A DNA stretch of 64,000 nucleotides from Victivallis vadensis (GTDB taxonomy: Bacteria; Verrucomicrobiota; Kiritimatiellia; UBA8416; CAMCYG01): contig CAMCYG010000003.1 in NCBI GenBank assembly GCA_945883775.1, forward strand, positions 6,054 through 70,053, read 5' to 3'. Position 1 is the first letter of the stretch, and each line of letters starts with the position of its first letter. Positions 1-10,804 of the stretch are shown here, piece after piece. Position numbers and translations under genes: made by a program. The notes under the pieces were generated by a model. It was not told where the DNA came from, ran no database searches, and worked only from the letters and a program-made list of their open reading frames with translations.

Positions 1-832
1 TGGCATTGTTCAGACAGTTAGCCGCACGAACGCTAAGCTCTATCTCGTTCACGCTCATATTGAGCTTCCGTCTCATATCCTCGCGCTCGGCGTCGATCTG
101 CTTCTCTGTCTCCTCGAACTCAATGATATCGCGGCTGAAGTTTACAAACACATCAAGATGATGCCTTAGTATCGCCGATGACATCGTCAATGCATCATCA
201 GGAGTCACCCGGCCATCAGTCCAGACTTCAAGAAGAAGCTTATCATAATCTGTTCTCTGTCCGACTCTTGTATTCTCTGTGAAAAAGTTCACCTTGGTGA
301 CTGGTGAGAACACAGAGTCAATCGGTATACGGCCTATTTCCTGATCAAGTTTCTTGTTCGACTCTCCGGGGCAGAACCCCCTTCCTGTCCTTACTTCAAG
401 CTCCATCTCCAGCTTGCCATCCTTGGCCAGGGTAGCAATGTGAAAATCAGGATTCAGTATCTCCACCGCTCCAGCGGTCTGTATATCAGCAGCAGTAACC
501 TCCGCCGGTCCGTTAACTTTGATCCTAAGCGTAACAGGCTCTCTGACATAGCCCTTCAACAGAACCTTTTTGAGGTTGAGTATTATATCCGTAACATCTT
601 CCACGACGCCTGGCAGAGCGCAAAACTCATGATCCGCACCCTCTATCTTGACGGATGTTATGGCCACACCCTCAATCGAGGAAAGCAACACCCTCCTCAA
701 CGAATTCCCGATTGTCCGTCCGTACCCTATCTCGAAGGGCTCGGCAACAAAACGGGCAAATGTCCCGCTTGCGGTTGCATCATCTTTCATGACGCGCTTA
801 GGCATCTCAAATCTGCTTAATCTCTTTGGCAT
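1..832 (-). CDS. rpoA: RNA polymerase alpha subunit, first ~277 codons (gene runs past the window start)
   Basis: Hand translation of the open-ended minus frame from ATG at 832 gives MPKRLSRFEMPKRVMKDDATASGTFARFVAEPFEIGYGRTIGNSLRRVLLSSIEG..., an alpha N-terminal domain. It follows rpsD as in alpha operons. It is missing from the ORF track because the frame runs off the window. Confidence 0.92.
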   Translation of the reverse strand, partial: MPKRLSRFEMPKRVMKDDATASGTFARFVAEPFEIGYGRTIGNSLRRVLLSSIEGVAITSVKIEGADHEFCALPGVVEDVTDIILNLKKVLLKGYVREPVTLRIKVNGPAEVTAADIQTAGAVEILNPDFHIATLAKDGKLEMELEVRTGRGFCPGESNKKLDQEIGRIPIDSVFSPVTKVNFFTENTRVGQRTDYDKLLLEVWTDGRVTPDDALTMSSAILRHHLDVFVNFSRDIIEFEETEKQIDAEREDMRRKLNMSVNEIELSVRAANCLNNA

Positions 833-861
833 GTTTTTCAGTCCTTTCCAGAAGCAATTAA

Positions 862-1491
862 TTACTTCGAATACAACTCAACTATAAGCTGTTCGTTAAC
901 GATAGGCGCGATTTCCTCGCGGGTTGGCACCTTCAGCACCTCACCCTTGAAGTTAGCGGCGTCAATGCTCATCCAGCCTGGAACTACCCTGGCTTGGCTT
1001 GCTTCAAGACTTTGTGATGCATGGGCTCTGCTCTTTGGGTTATCCTTTACCTCGATCACAGACCCAGGTTTCACGCCCATTGAAGGTATATTTACGATAC
1101 GTCCGTTAATTTTAATATGTCTGTGCGTTACGAACTGCCTAGCCGATTTTCTGGAAAACGAAAAGCCTAGTCTATAAATGATATTGTCAAGTCTCATCTC
1201 AAGAAGCTGAAGCAGTTTATCACCAGTGACACCCTTTGACCTCTGCGCTCTGTCAAAAAACAATCTAAACTGGCCTTCCTGCATTCCGTACATACGACGC
1301 AACTTCTGCTTTTCCCTCAACTGTACGCCGTAATCAGAAAGCTTCTTGCCTCTTCTCTGTCCGTGAACACCCGGAGAAGCTCTTCCCGTCTCTATTGGGC
1401 ACTTGGCCATGGTACAACGCTTGCCCTTTAGCATAAGCTTTACGCCTTCCCTACGACACTGTCTGCACCCCGGACCATTGTATCTGCCCAT
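862..1491 (-). CDS. rpsD: 30S ribosomal protein S4
   Basis: [26 protein letters not shown]... from ATG at 1491; the longest ORF adds 10 aa. TAATG overlap with the rpsK stop. Confidence 0.95.
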   Translation of the reverse strand: MGRYNGPGCRQCRREGVKLMLKGKRCTMAKCPIETGRASPGVHGQRRGKKLSDYGVQLREKQKLRRMYGMQEGQFRLFFDRAQRSKGVTGDKLLQLLEMRLDNIIYRLGFSFSRKSARQFVTHRHIKINGRIVNIPSMGVKPGSVIEVKDNPKSRAHASQSLEASQARVVPGWMSIDAANFKGEVLKVPTREEIAPIVNEQLIVELYSK

Positions 1492-1979
1492 TATACTCTC
1501 CTTCTCTTTCTCGGCCTGCATCCATTGTGCGGAACAGGAGTAACATCCTTGATAAGCGTAACACTGATACCGGCAGCTTGTAATGCTCTGATAGCGGACT
1601 CTCTGCCAGCCCCTGCTCCCTGGACATGCACTTCCACCTCGTGCATTCCGCGAGAAAGAGCCTGCCTGGCCGCATCCTGCCCGACCATCGTCGCAGCAAA
1701 TGCTGTGCTCTTACGGGCCCCTTTGAAACCCTGCTTACCAGAACTGCTCCACGAAATAACGCCACCTCTAGGATCGGTGATGTACACCATTGTGTTATTA
1801 AAAGTCGATCTGACATGCGCTATTCCCGTTGGCACATGCTTCTGTCCCTTGACTGCCTTACGCGGCACAGGGGCCGCTGCTGGCGCGCCAGCTTCACCGG
1901 ATGTCGTCATATCAAGCAGCGGTGCCTCTACGATCTTCTGCTCGCCAGCTACTTCCTTCTTGTCTTTTATATCGGCCAT
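1491..1979 (-). CDS. rpsK: 30S ribosomal protein S11 with ~30-aa N-terminal extension
   Basis: Core [22 protein letters not shown]...RKSTAFAA. The extension [22 protein letters not shown]... precedes the usual start region. An alternative ATG lies at 1910. Confidence 0.93.
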   Translation of the reverse strand: MADIKDKKEVAGEQKIVEAPLLDMTTSGEAGAPAAAPVPRKAVKGQKHVPTGIAHVRSTFNNTMVYITDPRGGVISWSSSGKQGFKGARKSTAFAATMVGQDAARQALSRGMHEVEVHVQGAGAGRESAIRALQAAGISVTLIKDVTPVPHNGCRPRKRRRV

Positions 1980-1998
1980 TATTTTCTAGTCTCCGCTT

Positions 1999-2400
1999 TT
2001 AATCTGACTTCTTGGCGGCGCCTTTTTCTTCCTTGCCCCTGACTGCGCCGACCGTCTTTTTCGGTCCCTTCCTTGTCCTTGCATTGGTTCTCGTCCTCTG
2101 CCCGCGGACCGGAAGCCCCCTCTTGTGCCTTATACCCCTGTAACTACCTGTTGCAATAAGCCGCCTAATGTTCTGGGCAACTTCTCTGCGAAGATCGCCT
2201 TCGACTCTGTAATTACCCTGTATGATACCAATGAGATGTCTTAACTCTTCAGGAGTCAGCTCATCTGCTTTTTTAGCTGGATCGATCTTTGCCTGCTCTA
2301 TGACATCTCGTGCCCGCTTGAGCCCGATCCCATAAATATAACACAAGGAATACTCAATCCTCTTCTTACCTGGAATGTCTACACCAAGAATTCTGGGCAT
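1999..2400 (-). CDS. rpsM: 30S ribosomal protein S13
   Basis: [26 protein letters not shown]... Confidence 0.96.
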   Translation of the reverse strand: MPRILGVDIPGKKRIEYSLCYIYGIGLKRARDVIEQAKIDPAKKADELTPEELRHLIGIIQGNYRVEGDLRREVAQNIRRLIATGSYRGIRHKRGLPVRGQRTRTNARTRKGPKKTVGAVRGKEEKGAAKKSD

Positions 2401-2412
2401 TAAACCAACCTC

Positions 2413-2526
2413 CTATCCCTGTCTCTGTTTGTGGCGTGGATTTACGCAAAGTATCCTGACCACACCCTTGCGGCGCACGATTTTGCATCTTTCACATATT
2501 CTTTTAATTGCACTTCTTACTTTCAA
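2413..2526 (-). CDS. rpmJ: 50S ribosomal protein L36
   Basis: Hand-found, 37 aa from a TTG start preceded by GGAGAG: [37 protein letters not shown]. Too short for the ORF track. Confidence 0.88.
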   Translation of the reverse strand: MKVRSAIKRICERCKIVRRKGVVRILCVNPRHKQRQG

Positions 2527-2609
2527 CTTTACTCTCCTTACATTCTCAAAAAGGCAAATATATTAGTATCTTTTATTCTAACAGTCCACTAAAAACATAC
2601 AATAAGTCA

Positions 2610-3353
2610 TTATTTTGTCAGAATCTCAGCCCCTGACTTCGTAATAGCTATTGTATGCTCAAAATGAGCAGACTGCTTCCTGTCCCTGGTCACGACGGTC
2701 CATTTATCATCGATTATGTCCACCTCGTGACCACCCATATTTATCATCGGCTCCAAAGCCAATACCATTCCAGACTTCAATACCGGACCTTTACCGGGAG
2801 GCCCGAAGTTTGGTATTTGCGGCTCTTCATGGACCTTCTTGCCCACTCCGTGGCCGACAAAATCCTGAACTACTGAGAACCCTGACTCCACAGCCACTCG
2901 CTCTATAGCGTGCGATATATCTGAAAGCCTGTTTCCCGCCACCGCCATTGCAATTCCGGCCTCCAGCGCCCGCTCTGTAGTTCTGACGAGCCTGATCACC
3001 TCAGGATTCGTCACACCTACCATCACCGTCACTGCTGTGTCACCCACATAGCCTTTAAACCTGACACCAATGTCGATACTTACAATATCACCAAGCTGTA
3101 TGCGCTTTTTACCTGGTATCCCATGAACAACCTCCTCATTGAGGCTTACACAGATTACCCCAGGATAGCCCATATAACCCAGAAATGCGCTTTCTGCACC
3201 TTGCTTCTTCATCAACTCAGAAGCATAATCAGAAAGCTCCAGCGTTGTCATTCCCGGCACAATCGATTTTGCCAGCGCATCCCTTACCCGGCCCGCAATC
3301 GATCCACTTTCACGCATCAATTGCAACTCATCCGCGCTCTTGATGCCTATCAT
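2610..3353 (-). CDS. map: Methionine aminopeptidase type I
   Basis: 247 aa with VVHGIPG, DIGV..GYVGD and HEEPQIPN motifs of the MetAP-I pita-bread fold. Confidence 0.95.
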   Translation of the reverse strand: MIGIKSADELQLMRESGSIAGRVRDALAKSIVPGMTTLELSDYASELMKKQGAESAFLGYMGYPGVICVSLNEEVVHGIPGKKRIQLGDIVSIDIGVRFKGYVGDTAVTVMVGVTNPEVIRLVRTTERALEAGIAMAVAGNRLSDISHAIERVAVESGFSVVQDFVGHGVGKKVHEEPQIPNFGPPGKGPVLKSGMVLALEPMINMGGHEVDIIDDKWTVVTRDRKQSAHFEHTIAITKSGAEILTK

Positions 3354-3378
3354 TAAAAATACCCCTCGACAGCTGCAA

Positions 3379-4071
3379 TCACTTCACACAAAAAAACGAT
3401 TCCGCAGCGGTGCCGATCTTGCCACCCTTTTTCAAATAATCAATAATCTTCTCTGAAAGCTTTGCCGCATTTTGGTTCGAATCGATTGTCACAAGCACGC
3501 CGCTCTTCTTGTAGCGCTCTATCAGGCTTTGCGTCTGCTTCTTGAAAACTTCCAGCCTGTTGTTAATCGTTGCCTCACTATCATCAGGGCGCTGATAAAG
3601 CTCGCCTGAACACAAATCACAGACTCCGTCTTTCTTCGGCGGAATATTGACAATATGGAAACTCTGCCCGCATTTTTTACATACGCGACGGCCCGTCAAT
3701 CTCTGCATGAGCACATCTCTGGGTGAATCAAGGAAAAGAACGTGCTGAATTCTACCGCCGCGATTAGTCAGACTCTTGTCCAGCAAATCCGCCTGCTCAA
3801 CTGTCCTGGGAAACCCGTCGAACATGTAAGATCCGTCCTTGCCGCCCTTATCAAGCCTTGCTTCCACTATCTTGATAATCAGCTGGTCCGGGACAAGCTC
3901 ACCCTTTTTCATATAGGATTCAGCTTCAAGGCCCAATGCCGTCTGTGCTTTGACATTCTCGCGTAACATGTCCCCTGTTGAAATATGCGTATAGCCTGCG
4001 ATGTCCCTTATCTTCTCTCCGATGGTACCTTTACCTGACCCAGGCGCTCCCAGCAATATGATTACATTCAT
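3379..4071 (-). CDS. adk: Adenylate kinase (zinc-lid type)
   Basis: P-loop GAPGSGKGT and lid CKKCG...CDLCSG. Short C-terminal tail after the core. Confidence 0.95.
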   Translation of the reverse strand: MNVIILLGAPGSGKGTIGEKIRDIAGYTHISTGDMLRENVKAQTALGLEAESYMKKGELVPDQLIIKIVEARLDKGGKDGSYMFDGFPRTVEQADLLDKSLTNRGGRIQHVLFLDSPRDVLMQRLTGRRVCKKCGQSFHIVNIPPKKDGVCDLCSGELYQRPDDSEATINNRLEVFKKQTQSLIERYKKSGVLVTIDSNQNAAKLSEKIIDYLKKGGKIGTAAESFFCVK

Positions 4072-4095
4072 GTTCTCATATCTCCTTTTAGATCA

Positions 4096-5442
4096 TTATC
4101 TCCTGCCACGCAGTTTACCCTTGGTCAGGAATCCATCGTAGTGACGCATCAGCAAATGCGACTCAACCTGCCTCATCGTATCAAGTGCAACACCGACAAT
4201 AATCAGCATGCTGGTTCCGCCAAGGAATCCGGCAACTAACGACGGCACCTTAAACTGGGCGGCCATAACCGTAGGTAGCACCGCTATTACAGCGAGGAAT
4301 ATCGCACCAAACAATGTTATCCTCGTCATCGTCATATCAAGGAACTCTGCAGTTGGCGTCCCAGGCCTTATGCCCGGAACATAACCGCCATTACGCTTAA
4401 GATCATCCGCTATCTGTACAGGATTAAACTGAGTAGCCACCCAGAAATATGAAAAGAAAATTATCAACGTTGCTTCAAGCACTAGATACAATGGCCTGCC
4501 CAAATAGATTGCATCACCTACAGCCTGACACCAATCAATTGGTATTTTCTTAAGTATCACTGCAGGAAACGTCAACAGGGCGCTGGCAAATATGATGGGC
4601 ATTACACCTGAATAGTTGACCCTTAGCGGCATGTATGTGTTCTGACCGCCATAAACCTTCCGGCCAACGACCCGTTTAGTCGTATTGATGGGAAGTTTCC
4701 TCTGTCCCTGCGTGAGAGCTATTGTCGCCGCTGTAACAAGAAACAGCATCGCCAACAATCCGACCAGATGGAATATATTGAATTGTGAAACTCCATCGAC
4801 CTTCTTGAACATCGCCGCACCAGCGTATACCGCGTTAGGAAGCCGGCTCACGATATTCACAGCTATGATTATTGACATACCGTTCCCGATGCCACGCTCA
4901 GAAATCTGCTCGCCTAGCCACATTAGAAGCATTGTGCCAGTCGTCATAGTTATCATGGTCATCAGCCGGAATCCCATGCCAGGATTGACCACTACGTCAT
5001 GCGTTAGCCCCAAAGACTGCGGATTCTCAAGACTGATAGCAAGAAACAGTCCTTGCACCAGACATATGGCCAGAGTGAAATATCTGGTATATTGAGTCAG
5101 CTTCTGCCTACCGGCTTCACCCTCACGGGCAAGGCGTTCCAAGGCAGGTATAATTGCAGTCATCAGCTGTAATATGATCGATGCACTTATATACGGCCAT
5201 ATGCTGAGGGCTCCTATTGCGCAGTTTGAAAGAGCACCACCACTGAACAGATCGATCCAACTCAGGAATCCACCCTGAACGTTGCTTTCGATTTCCGCAA
5301 TCATCCTCTGCAATGCGCTTGCGTCAACCCCTGGCGTCGGAACTACCGTCATCAATCTGCTTATGAAAACAAGCCCAAGCGTAAACAAAATGCGTGAACG
5401 CAGTTCCGGAATCTTGAAACAATTGGCGAATGCGGCAAACAT
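4096..5442 (-). CDS. secY: Preprotein translocase subunit SecY
   Basis: 448-aa polytopic membrane protein in the canonical spc-operon position. Confidence 0.97.
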   Translation of the reverse strand: MFAAFANCFKIPELRSRILFTLGLVFISRLMTVVPTPGVDASALQRMIAEIESNVQGGFLSWIDLFSGGALSNCAIGALSIWPYISASIILQLMTAIIPALERLAREGEAGRQKLTQYTRYFTLAICLVQGLFLAISLENPQSLGLTHDVVVNPGMGFRLMTMITMTTGTMLLMWLGEQISERGIGNGMSIIIAVNIVSRLPNAVYAGAAMFKKVDGVSQFNIFHLVGLLAMLFLVTAATIALTQGQRKLPINTTKRVVGRKVYGGQNTYMPLRVNYSGVMPIIFASALLTFPAVILKKIPIDWCQAVGDAIYLGRPLYLVLEATLIIFFSYFWVATQFNPVQIADDLKRNGGYVPGIRPGTPTAEFLDMTMTRITLFGAIFLAVIAVLPTVMAAQFKVPSLVAGFLGGTSMLIIVGVALDTMRQVESHLLMRHYDGFLTKGKLRGRR

Positions 5443-5894
5443 TAGACTGGTAATACCTCACATTTTCCGCCAAGTGCCTCTATTCTAGCCTTGACGGATG
5501 CACTGAAGGCATGAGCCTTTACAGTAAGCTTTTTGTCGAGAATGCCCTTCCCGAGAATCTTAATTCTGTCAAACACTCCGTTTGTCAGGCCGCTCTTCTT
5601 GAGAAGCTCCAATGTAACATCTGTACCGTTATCAAAACAGTTGAGATCGCCCATGTTAACAGCCAAAGTCTTTGGCCTGGTGAAATTCTTGAATCCGGTT
5701 TTAGGAATTCTGCGGATTAGCTTCATCTGTCCGCCTTCGAATCCGCCCTTGAACTTATGGCCCTTTCTGGCCCACTGTCCCTTATGCCCGCTACCAGATG
5801 TCTTACCCTGACCGGAGCTTTCGCCCCTGCCTACACGCTTCCGGCTCTTCTTTGCTCCGGGAGTTACTTTCAATGAATGTAGAGTTATAGTCAT
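5442..5894 (-). CDS. rplO: 50S ribosomal protein L15
   Basis: GRGESSGQGKTSGSGHKGQ motif. Stop overlaps the secY ATG (TAATG). Confidence 0.96.
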   Translation of the reverse strand: MTITLHSLKVTPGAKKSRKRVGRGESSGQGKTSGSGHKGQWARKGHKFKGGFEGGQMKLIRRIPKTGFKNFTRPKTLAVNMGDLNCFDNGTDVTLELLKKSGLTNGVFDRIKILGKGILDKKLTVKAHAFSASVKARIEALGGKCEVLPV

Positions 5895-5896
5895 TA

Positions 5897-6400
5897 TTAT
5901 ACCTGCACCTGCCGCATCGCGGCTATTTGCTCTTTGGATCTTAACTTACTCAAGGCATCAAGAGTGGCCTTTACTACGTTCAGCTTATTACTGCTGCCCA
6001 TAGACTTTCCCAGAACATCTCTTATCCCTGAAACCTCTAAAACTACTCTCATGCCGCCTCCGGCAATTACGCCAGTACCCGGAGAAGCAGGCTTAAGCAA
6101 TACTTTACCTCCATCAAAACTGCCACGCACCTCGTGTGGGATTGTCCTGTCTCTCATGCAGACAGGGGTCATGCTTTTCTTGGCCAGTTCAGTGCTCTTG
6201 CGTATGGCTTCTGCAACCTCATTGGCCTTACCGAATCCATATCCGACTTTGCCATTACGGTCACCAACGACTACGACTGCGCTGAAGCTGAATCTTCTGC
6301 CGCCCTTGACAACCTTTGCGCAACGATTGACAAAAACAACACGCTCTTCTAAATCGCTCTTCTGCTCGGGCATATTATCCCTATTATTGCTTTTCTTCAC
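5897..6400 (-). CDS. rpsE: 30S ribosomal protein S5
   Basis: [18 protein letters not shown]... Directly abuts rplO, so no L30 gene lies between them. Confidence 0.96.
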   Translation of the reverse strand: MKKSNNRDNMPEQKSDLEERVVFVNRCAKVVKGGRRFSFSAVVVVGDRNGKVGYGFGKANEVAEAIRKSTELAKKSMTPVCMRDRTIPHEVRGSFDGGKVLLKPASPGTGVIAGGGMRVVLEVSGIRDVLGKSMGSSNKLNVVKATLDALSKLRSKEQIAAMRQVQV

Positions 6401-6765
6401 TACTTAGTCTCCTTGGTATCCGCAGTCTTACCCGTACCGCAGACTGCTTCTACAATGGTCTTCACCTTGCCGTGATACTTGAAGCCGCCACGATCGACGA
6501 CAACTTTAACAATGCCCGCAGCCTTTGCGCTATCCGCAGCCTTTTTCCCAACCTTGGCCGCCGTGGCGATATTATTGCCTCCGTCCATACCTGCCGAGGA
6601 AGCCGACGCCAGGGTTCGATGATTCACATCGTCGATGAACTGGACATACATATGCTTGTTCGAAATCATCACAGACATCCTCGGACGTTCAGCTGTGCCG
6701 CTGACAGTCTTCCTGATCCTCAAATGCCTGAGTTCCCTTTTTGACTTTCTATTAACAACTTTCAT
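6400..6765 (-). CDS. rplR: 50S ribosomal protein L18
   Basis: [20 protein letters not shown]... and [12 protein letters not shown]. Confidence 0.96.
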   Translation of the reverse strand: MKVVNRKSKRELRHLRIRKTVSGTAERPRMSVMISNKHMYVQFIDDVNHRTLASASSAGMDGGNNIATAAKVGKKAADSAKAAGIVKVVVDRGGFKYHGKVKTIVEAVCGTGKTADTKETK

Positions 6766-6777
6766 TTGCTAAAATCC

Positions 6778-7314
6778 TTAAGCTACTGTCTTGCCTACCT
6801 TGCGGCGTACATGTTCATTCTTGTAACGGATACCCTTGCCCTTGTAGGGCTCCACCGGGAAGAAGGAACGGACATGAGCCGCCACTTCACCCACCTTCTG
6901 ATTGTCGACACCAGATATTTTCAACATCGTACCCTGATCGATCGTCATTTTTATACCATCGGGCAGGTCATAATCGATCGGCCTTGAATAGCCAAGAGAG
7001 AATGTGGCTTTCTTACCTGCTAACGCGGCTTTAAAACCAACACCCTGAATCTCAAGCTCCTTGAAAAAGCCGGTTGTCACACCTACTATCATGTTAGATA
7101 TCAGGCTTCTTGCCATTCCATGATAACTCTTTCCAAACGCCGTATCCTCTGTCGACGTCAGAACCACCTGCTTGTCCTGAATCTTGACCTGAACTGGCCC
7201 GGAAAACTCACGGGAAAGCTCGCCAAGTGGTCCTTTTACCTTGACCGTCGAATTATCGATCTTCACATCGACACCTGCTGGAACATCTATCGGTTTTTTT
7301 CCTATCCTAGACAT
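6778..7314 (-). CDS. rplF: 50S ribosomal protein L6
   Basis: MSRIGKKPIDVPAGVDVKI... Confidence 0.96.
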   Translation of the reverse strand: MSRIGKKPIDVPAGVDVKIDNSTVKVKGPLGELSREFSGPVQVKIQDKQVVLTSTEDTAFGKSYHGMARSLISNMIVGVTTGFFKELEIQGVGFKAALAGKKATFSLGYSRPIDYDLPDGIKMTIDQGTMLKISGVDNQKVGEVAAHVRSFFPVEPYKGKGIRYKNEHVRRKVGKTVA

Positions 7315-7322
7315 CGCTCACC

Positions 7323-7715
7323 TCACCAAACAACACATATGATTTCGCCACCAAGTTTCTGCTTCCTGGCTTCCTTGTCCGTAAGCAAACCGCCAGAAGT
7401 ACTTAATATCGATATACCCATACCGCCCAAAACTTTGGGTATCTTGTCGAACCTTGTATACACACGCAGACCCGACTTGCTCTTTCTTCTAAGGCCCGTT
7501 ATGGCCGGCTCCCCGTTAACATATTTTATGTAGAGCACCAGTGTCTTCTTGATACCGCCCTCTACAGCATAATCAAGGATATAGCCTTCTTTTTTAAGGA
7601 TTCGCGCTATTTCGGTCTTCACTTTCGAACTTTGAAGTTCGACCTTCTCAAGCCCTGCCGTCTGGGCATTCCTGATCCTCAACAGCATATCCGCAATGGG
7701 ATCTGTACAACTCAT
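7323..7715 (-). CDS. rpsH: 30S ribosomal protein S8
   Basis: DPIADMLLRIRNA... Confidence 0.96.
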   Translation of the reverse strand: MSCTDPIADMLLRIRNAQTAGLEKVELQSSKVKTEIARILKKEGYILDYAVEGGIKKTLVLYIKYVNGEPAITGLRRKSKSGLRVYTRFDKIPKVLGGMGISILSTSGGLLTDKEARKQKLGGEIICVVW

Positions 7716-7731
7716 TTTATTTCTCCGCTCC

Positions 7732-7917
7732 TTACCAGCTAGCCTTTGTTATACCGGGTATCTGGCCATTCATCGCCATTTCCCTGAAACATAGTCGACA
7801 GACCTGGAACTTCCTGATGAATGCACGTGGTCTACCGCATTTTTTGCACCTATTGTACTTGCGCACCTTAAATTTAGGTGTCCGCTCCTGTTTTACCATC
7901 AATGATTTCTTAGCCAA
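7732..7917 (-). CDS. rpsN: 30S ribosomal protein S14, short zinc-binding (type Z) form
   Basis: 61 aa with CKKCG...CRLC. Confidence 0.95.
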   Translation of the reverse strand: MAKKSLMVKQERTPKFKVRKYNRCKKCGRPRAFIRKFQVCRLCFREMAMNGQIPGITKASW

Positions 7918-7932
7918 TTCAGCTTCCTCCCA

Positions 7933-8469
7933 TTACTTACCGACAAAAGGTATCCCGACAAGTTTCAGCAGCTCACGAGCTTCTTTGTTGCTCGAGGCAC
8001 TGGTAACTATGGTTACGTCCATTCCCTGAATCTGGGTTACCGTGTTGGGATCTATCTCGGGAAAGATTGTCTGCTCTTTGATGCCGAATGTATAATTTCC
8101 CCTGCCATCAAAAGACGTCACCGGCAATCCCCTGAAATCCCTGACCTTAGGTAGCGCCGCACTTATCAACCTGTCTATAAAATCATACATCCTCTCGCCG
8201 CGTACGGTAACTTTTGCGCCGACATTCATCCCTTCTCTCAGCTTGAAGTTTGATATGCTCTTGGTGGATTTGATGATGACCGGCTTCTGGCCTGTCATCG
8301 CAGCAAGCTGCTCGGCGAAGCCCTTGAGCGCATCCTTATCAGCCGCACTTACACCCATGTTAATGACAACCTTGAGAATGCGAGGCACTCTCATCTTATT
8401 GCTGATGCCAAGATTCTTCATCAGTGCCGGCACCACTTCTTTACTATATTTATCTCTTAATCTCGACAT
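7933..8469 (-). CDS. rplE: 50S ribosomal protein L5
   Basis: MSRLRDKYSKEVVPALMKNLG... from ATG at 8469. The longest ORF (to 8487) would overlap the end of rplX. Confidence 0.94.
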   Translation of the reverse strand: MSRLRDKYSKEVVPALMKNLGISNKMRVPRILKVVINMGVSAADKDALKGFAEQLAAMTGQKPVIIKSTKSISNFKLREGMNVGAKVTVRGERMYDFIDRLISAALPKVRDFRGLPVTSFDGRGNYTFGIKEQTIFPEIDPNTVTQIQGMDVTIVTSASSNKEARELLKLVGIPFVGK

Positions 8470-8476
8470 TTTATCC

Positions 8477-8797
8477 TCATTTATCAAATGAATATCCGCA
8501 CTTGCGACACTTTCTAACGGTCTTGCTTTCGACCGCGACCATCTTTATACGACGACCCTTCTTGCAATCAGGGCACAAAAGCATGAGGTTGGACATCGCA
8601 ATCGACTGCTCCTTATCCGTGATACCACCCTGCGGATTCTCCTTTGTCTTGCGCAGACACTTCTTCACAAGGTTTACGCCCTCTACAAAGGCTCTTTCGC
8701 GTGAAGAGACCACCTGCAGTATCTTCCCCTTCTTACCACTCTCCGACCCGGATATTACTATCACGGTATCATTCTTTTTTATTCTATTTATACTCAC
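8477..8797 (-). CDS. rplX: 50S ribosomal protein L24
   Basis: KOW region KKNDTVIVISGSESGKKGKI plus a C-terminal CPDC...CRKC segment. Confidence 0.95.
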   Translation of the reverse strand: MSINRIKKNDTVIVISGSESGKKGKILQVVSSRERAFVEGVNLVKKCLRKTKENPQGGITDKEQSIAMSNLMLLCPDCKKGRRIKMVAVESKTVRKCRKCGYSFDK

Positions 8798-8826
8798 GAT
8801 ATATTCCCCTTCTGACCTGCAGCTCT

Positions 8827-9192
8827 CTAAATCACCTCTGGAGCCAGCGATATCACTTTCATAAAATTCTTATCACGCAGTTCCCTTGCCACCGGGCCGA
8901 ATATCCTTGTGCCAAGAGGGTTCAGCGTCGCATCTATAATAACGCATGCATTGTTGTCGAATCGCAGATAAGACCCATCAGGTCTCCGTATAGGATGGAC
9001 CGTTCTGACTATTAGAGCGGTTGCAACCTGACCCTTCTTTACCTGTCCGTCAGGCTGTGCTTCTTTTATGGCTACCTTTATTATGTCCCCGACGTGGGCA
9101 GCATTGCGCTTATGTCCAAGAATCCTAAAACACATGGCTCTCTTTGCTCCACTGTTGTCGGCAACCACCAGCTCTGTCTGCTCTGTAATCAT
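8827..9192 (-). CDS. rplN: 50S ribosomal protein L14
   Basis: [17 protein letters not shown]... Confidence 0.96.
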   Translation of the reverse strand: MITEQTELVVADNSGAKRAMCFRILGHKRNAAHVGDIIKVAIKEAQPDGQVKKGQVATALIVRTVHPIRRPDGSYLRFDNNACVIIDATLNPLGTRIFGPVARELRDKNFMKVISLAPEVI

Positions 9193-9204
9193 TATCTTCT
9201 GTCC

Positions 9205-9480
9205 TTATTTCAATGCATTCTTCAAAACTTCGACTAGGCGCCATCTCTTCAGGCGGCTGATCGGCCTAGACTCTACTATTATTACAGTATCACCCACGAC
9301 AGCCTTATTTTCCTCATCATGCACGTGGAATGTTTTCTTATATGTAAGGACCTTGCCATAAACCGGATGAGGCTTTCTAGTCTCGGTGAGCACTCTGATG
9401 CTCTTATTCCCCATCTTGCTGATGACTATTCCTTTTCTTTCCTTGCGCTTGCCGCGGTTATTTGTAATTTCCTGCGCCAT
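9205..9480 (-). CDS. rpsQ: 30S ribosomal protein S17
   Basis: KERKGIVISKMGNKSIRV...YKKTFHVHDE. Confidence 0.95.
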   Translation of the reverse strand: MAQEITNNRGKRKERKGIVISKMGNKSIRVLTETRKPHPVYGKVLTYKKTFHVHDEENKAVVGDTVIIVESRPISRLKRWRLVEVLKNALK

Positions 9481-9481
9481 C

Positions 9482-9685
9482 TTACTTCACTCCCAGTTCT
9501 CTGATTGCTGTCTTGATTCTGGCTACATCGCGTCTGAGTGTCCGAAGACGCAAGGGCTGCTCAAGGGTGCCTGTGCCTCTCTTCATCCTCAAAGAGAAGA
9601 GCTCCTTTTGAGTATCCTCACTCAACTGCTTCAGTTCCTCAATCGTCTGTCCTTTTAAATTCTTTACCTTCATTTTCTTATCCAT
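9482..9685 (-). CDS. rpmC: 50S ribosomal protein L29
   Basis: ATG at 9685; the track start at 9691 is a TTG. ...ELFSLRMKRGTGTLEQPLRLRTLRRDVARIKT. Confidence 0.92.
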   Translation of the reverse strand: MDKKMKVKNLKGQTIEELKQLSEDTQKELFSLRMKRGTGTLEQPLRLRTLRRDVARIKTAIRELGVK

Positions 9686-9687
9686 AA

Positions 9688-10107
9688 TCAACCCACTTTT
9701 CCCCTGATGACCATCTTGGTGGCAATGCCTATTTTGGCCGCAGCCAACCTGAACGAATCCCTGGCTACAGCTTCTGTTACACCAGCCAATTCAAAAAGCA
9801 TCGCCCCCGGTCTAATAATAGCCACCCACCATTCGGGATTTCCTTTTCCCTTACCCATTCTGACCTCGATAGGCTTCTTAGTCACTGGCAAATCCGGAAA
9901 AATCCTTATCCAGAGCTTGCCTTTCTTTTTAAGGCTCCTGTTTATGGATACCCTGCACGCCTCAATCTGCGTGTTACGGAGCCATCCCCGTCCTATAGCT
10001 TTCAATCCGTATTCACCAAAAGCCAATGCATTACCACTAGTCGCTTTTCCGCTCCAGTCAAGTTTATGACTCTTGCGATGCTTTACTCTTTTAGGCATAA
10101 GAGGCAT
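9688..10107 (-). CDS. rplP: 50S ribosomal protein L16
   Basis: [12 protein letters not shown]... An alternative ATG lies at 10098. Overlaps the end of rpsC. Confidence 0.94.
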   Translation of the reverse strand: MPLMPKRVKHRKSHKLDWSGKATSGNALAFGEYGLKAIGRGWLRNTQIEACRVSINRSLKKKGKLWIRIFPDLPVTKKPIEVRMGKGKGNPEWWVAIIRPGAMLFELAGVTEAVARDSFRLAAAKIGIATKMVIRGKVG

Positions 10108-10762
10108 TTGACTTTACCCCCTTCCCGACTTCCTTTGTCTCAGGTTTCTTACAAACCCACACTTTAACACCAATTAGACCGGCCGTGGTAGCCGCCTCAG
10201 CAAATCCGTAATCAATCTCCTCCTTGAGCGTATGCAAAGGAACTTTGCCTTCCTTCGACCACTCATACCTGGAAATCTCCGCTCCTCCGAGCCGGCCGCT
10301 GCACTTTATCTTCATTCCCTTGGCACCCAGCTCTAGCGCAAGCTTAATGGCTCTCTTGATGCACCTCTTGACTGCCACTCTGCGCTCAATCTGCAAGGCA
10401 ATACCCTCAGCGACAAGCTGTGCGTTCACATCAGGATCTTTGACTTCTCTGATATCTATGTACACATCCTTGCCCTGAGTCATCTTGGCGACCCTGCCCT
10501 TTAACTCGTCTATCTTGGCGCCTTTAGGACCTATCACAACTGCAGGCCGAGCCGTGTGTATGGTAACCCTCAACCGATTCGCAGCTCGCTCAATTATTAT
10601 GTCAGATATCGATCCGTCCTTGAGCTCTTTCTTCAAGAAAGACCTGATCTTACCGTCCTCTATCAGCAACTGACCAAATCCTTTTTTGCCGCTGAACCAG
10701 CGGGAACGCCAGTTCTTATTTACGGCCAATCTGATCCCTATTGGATTAACCTTCTGTCCCAA
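10091..10762 (-). CDS. rpsC: 30S ribosomal protein S3
   Basis: [12 protein letters not shown]... with a KH domain. Confidence 0.96.
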   Translation of the reverse strand: MGQKVNPIGIRLAVNKNWRSRWFSGKKGFGQLLIEDGKIRSFLKKELKDGSISDIIIERAANRLRVTIHTARPAVVIGPKGAKIDELKGRVAKMTQGKDVYIDIREVKDPDVNAQLVAEGIALQIERRVAVKRCIKRAIKLALELGAKGMKIKCSGRLGGAEISRYEWSKEGKVPLHTLKEEIDYGFAEAATTAGLIGVKVWVCKKPETKEVGKGVKSNASYA

Positions 10763-10804
10763 TTTTAGCTCCTTCCGGTGCTCACGCCTTGCGTGCTACA
10801 CTTA

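Noticed and set aside
2527-5897. Apparent absence of infA and rpmD
   Set aside because: I can only say they are not at their common positions in this window. They may be encoded elsewhere, so no claim of gene loss is made.
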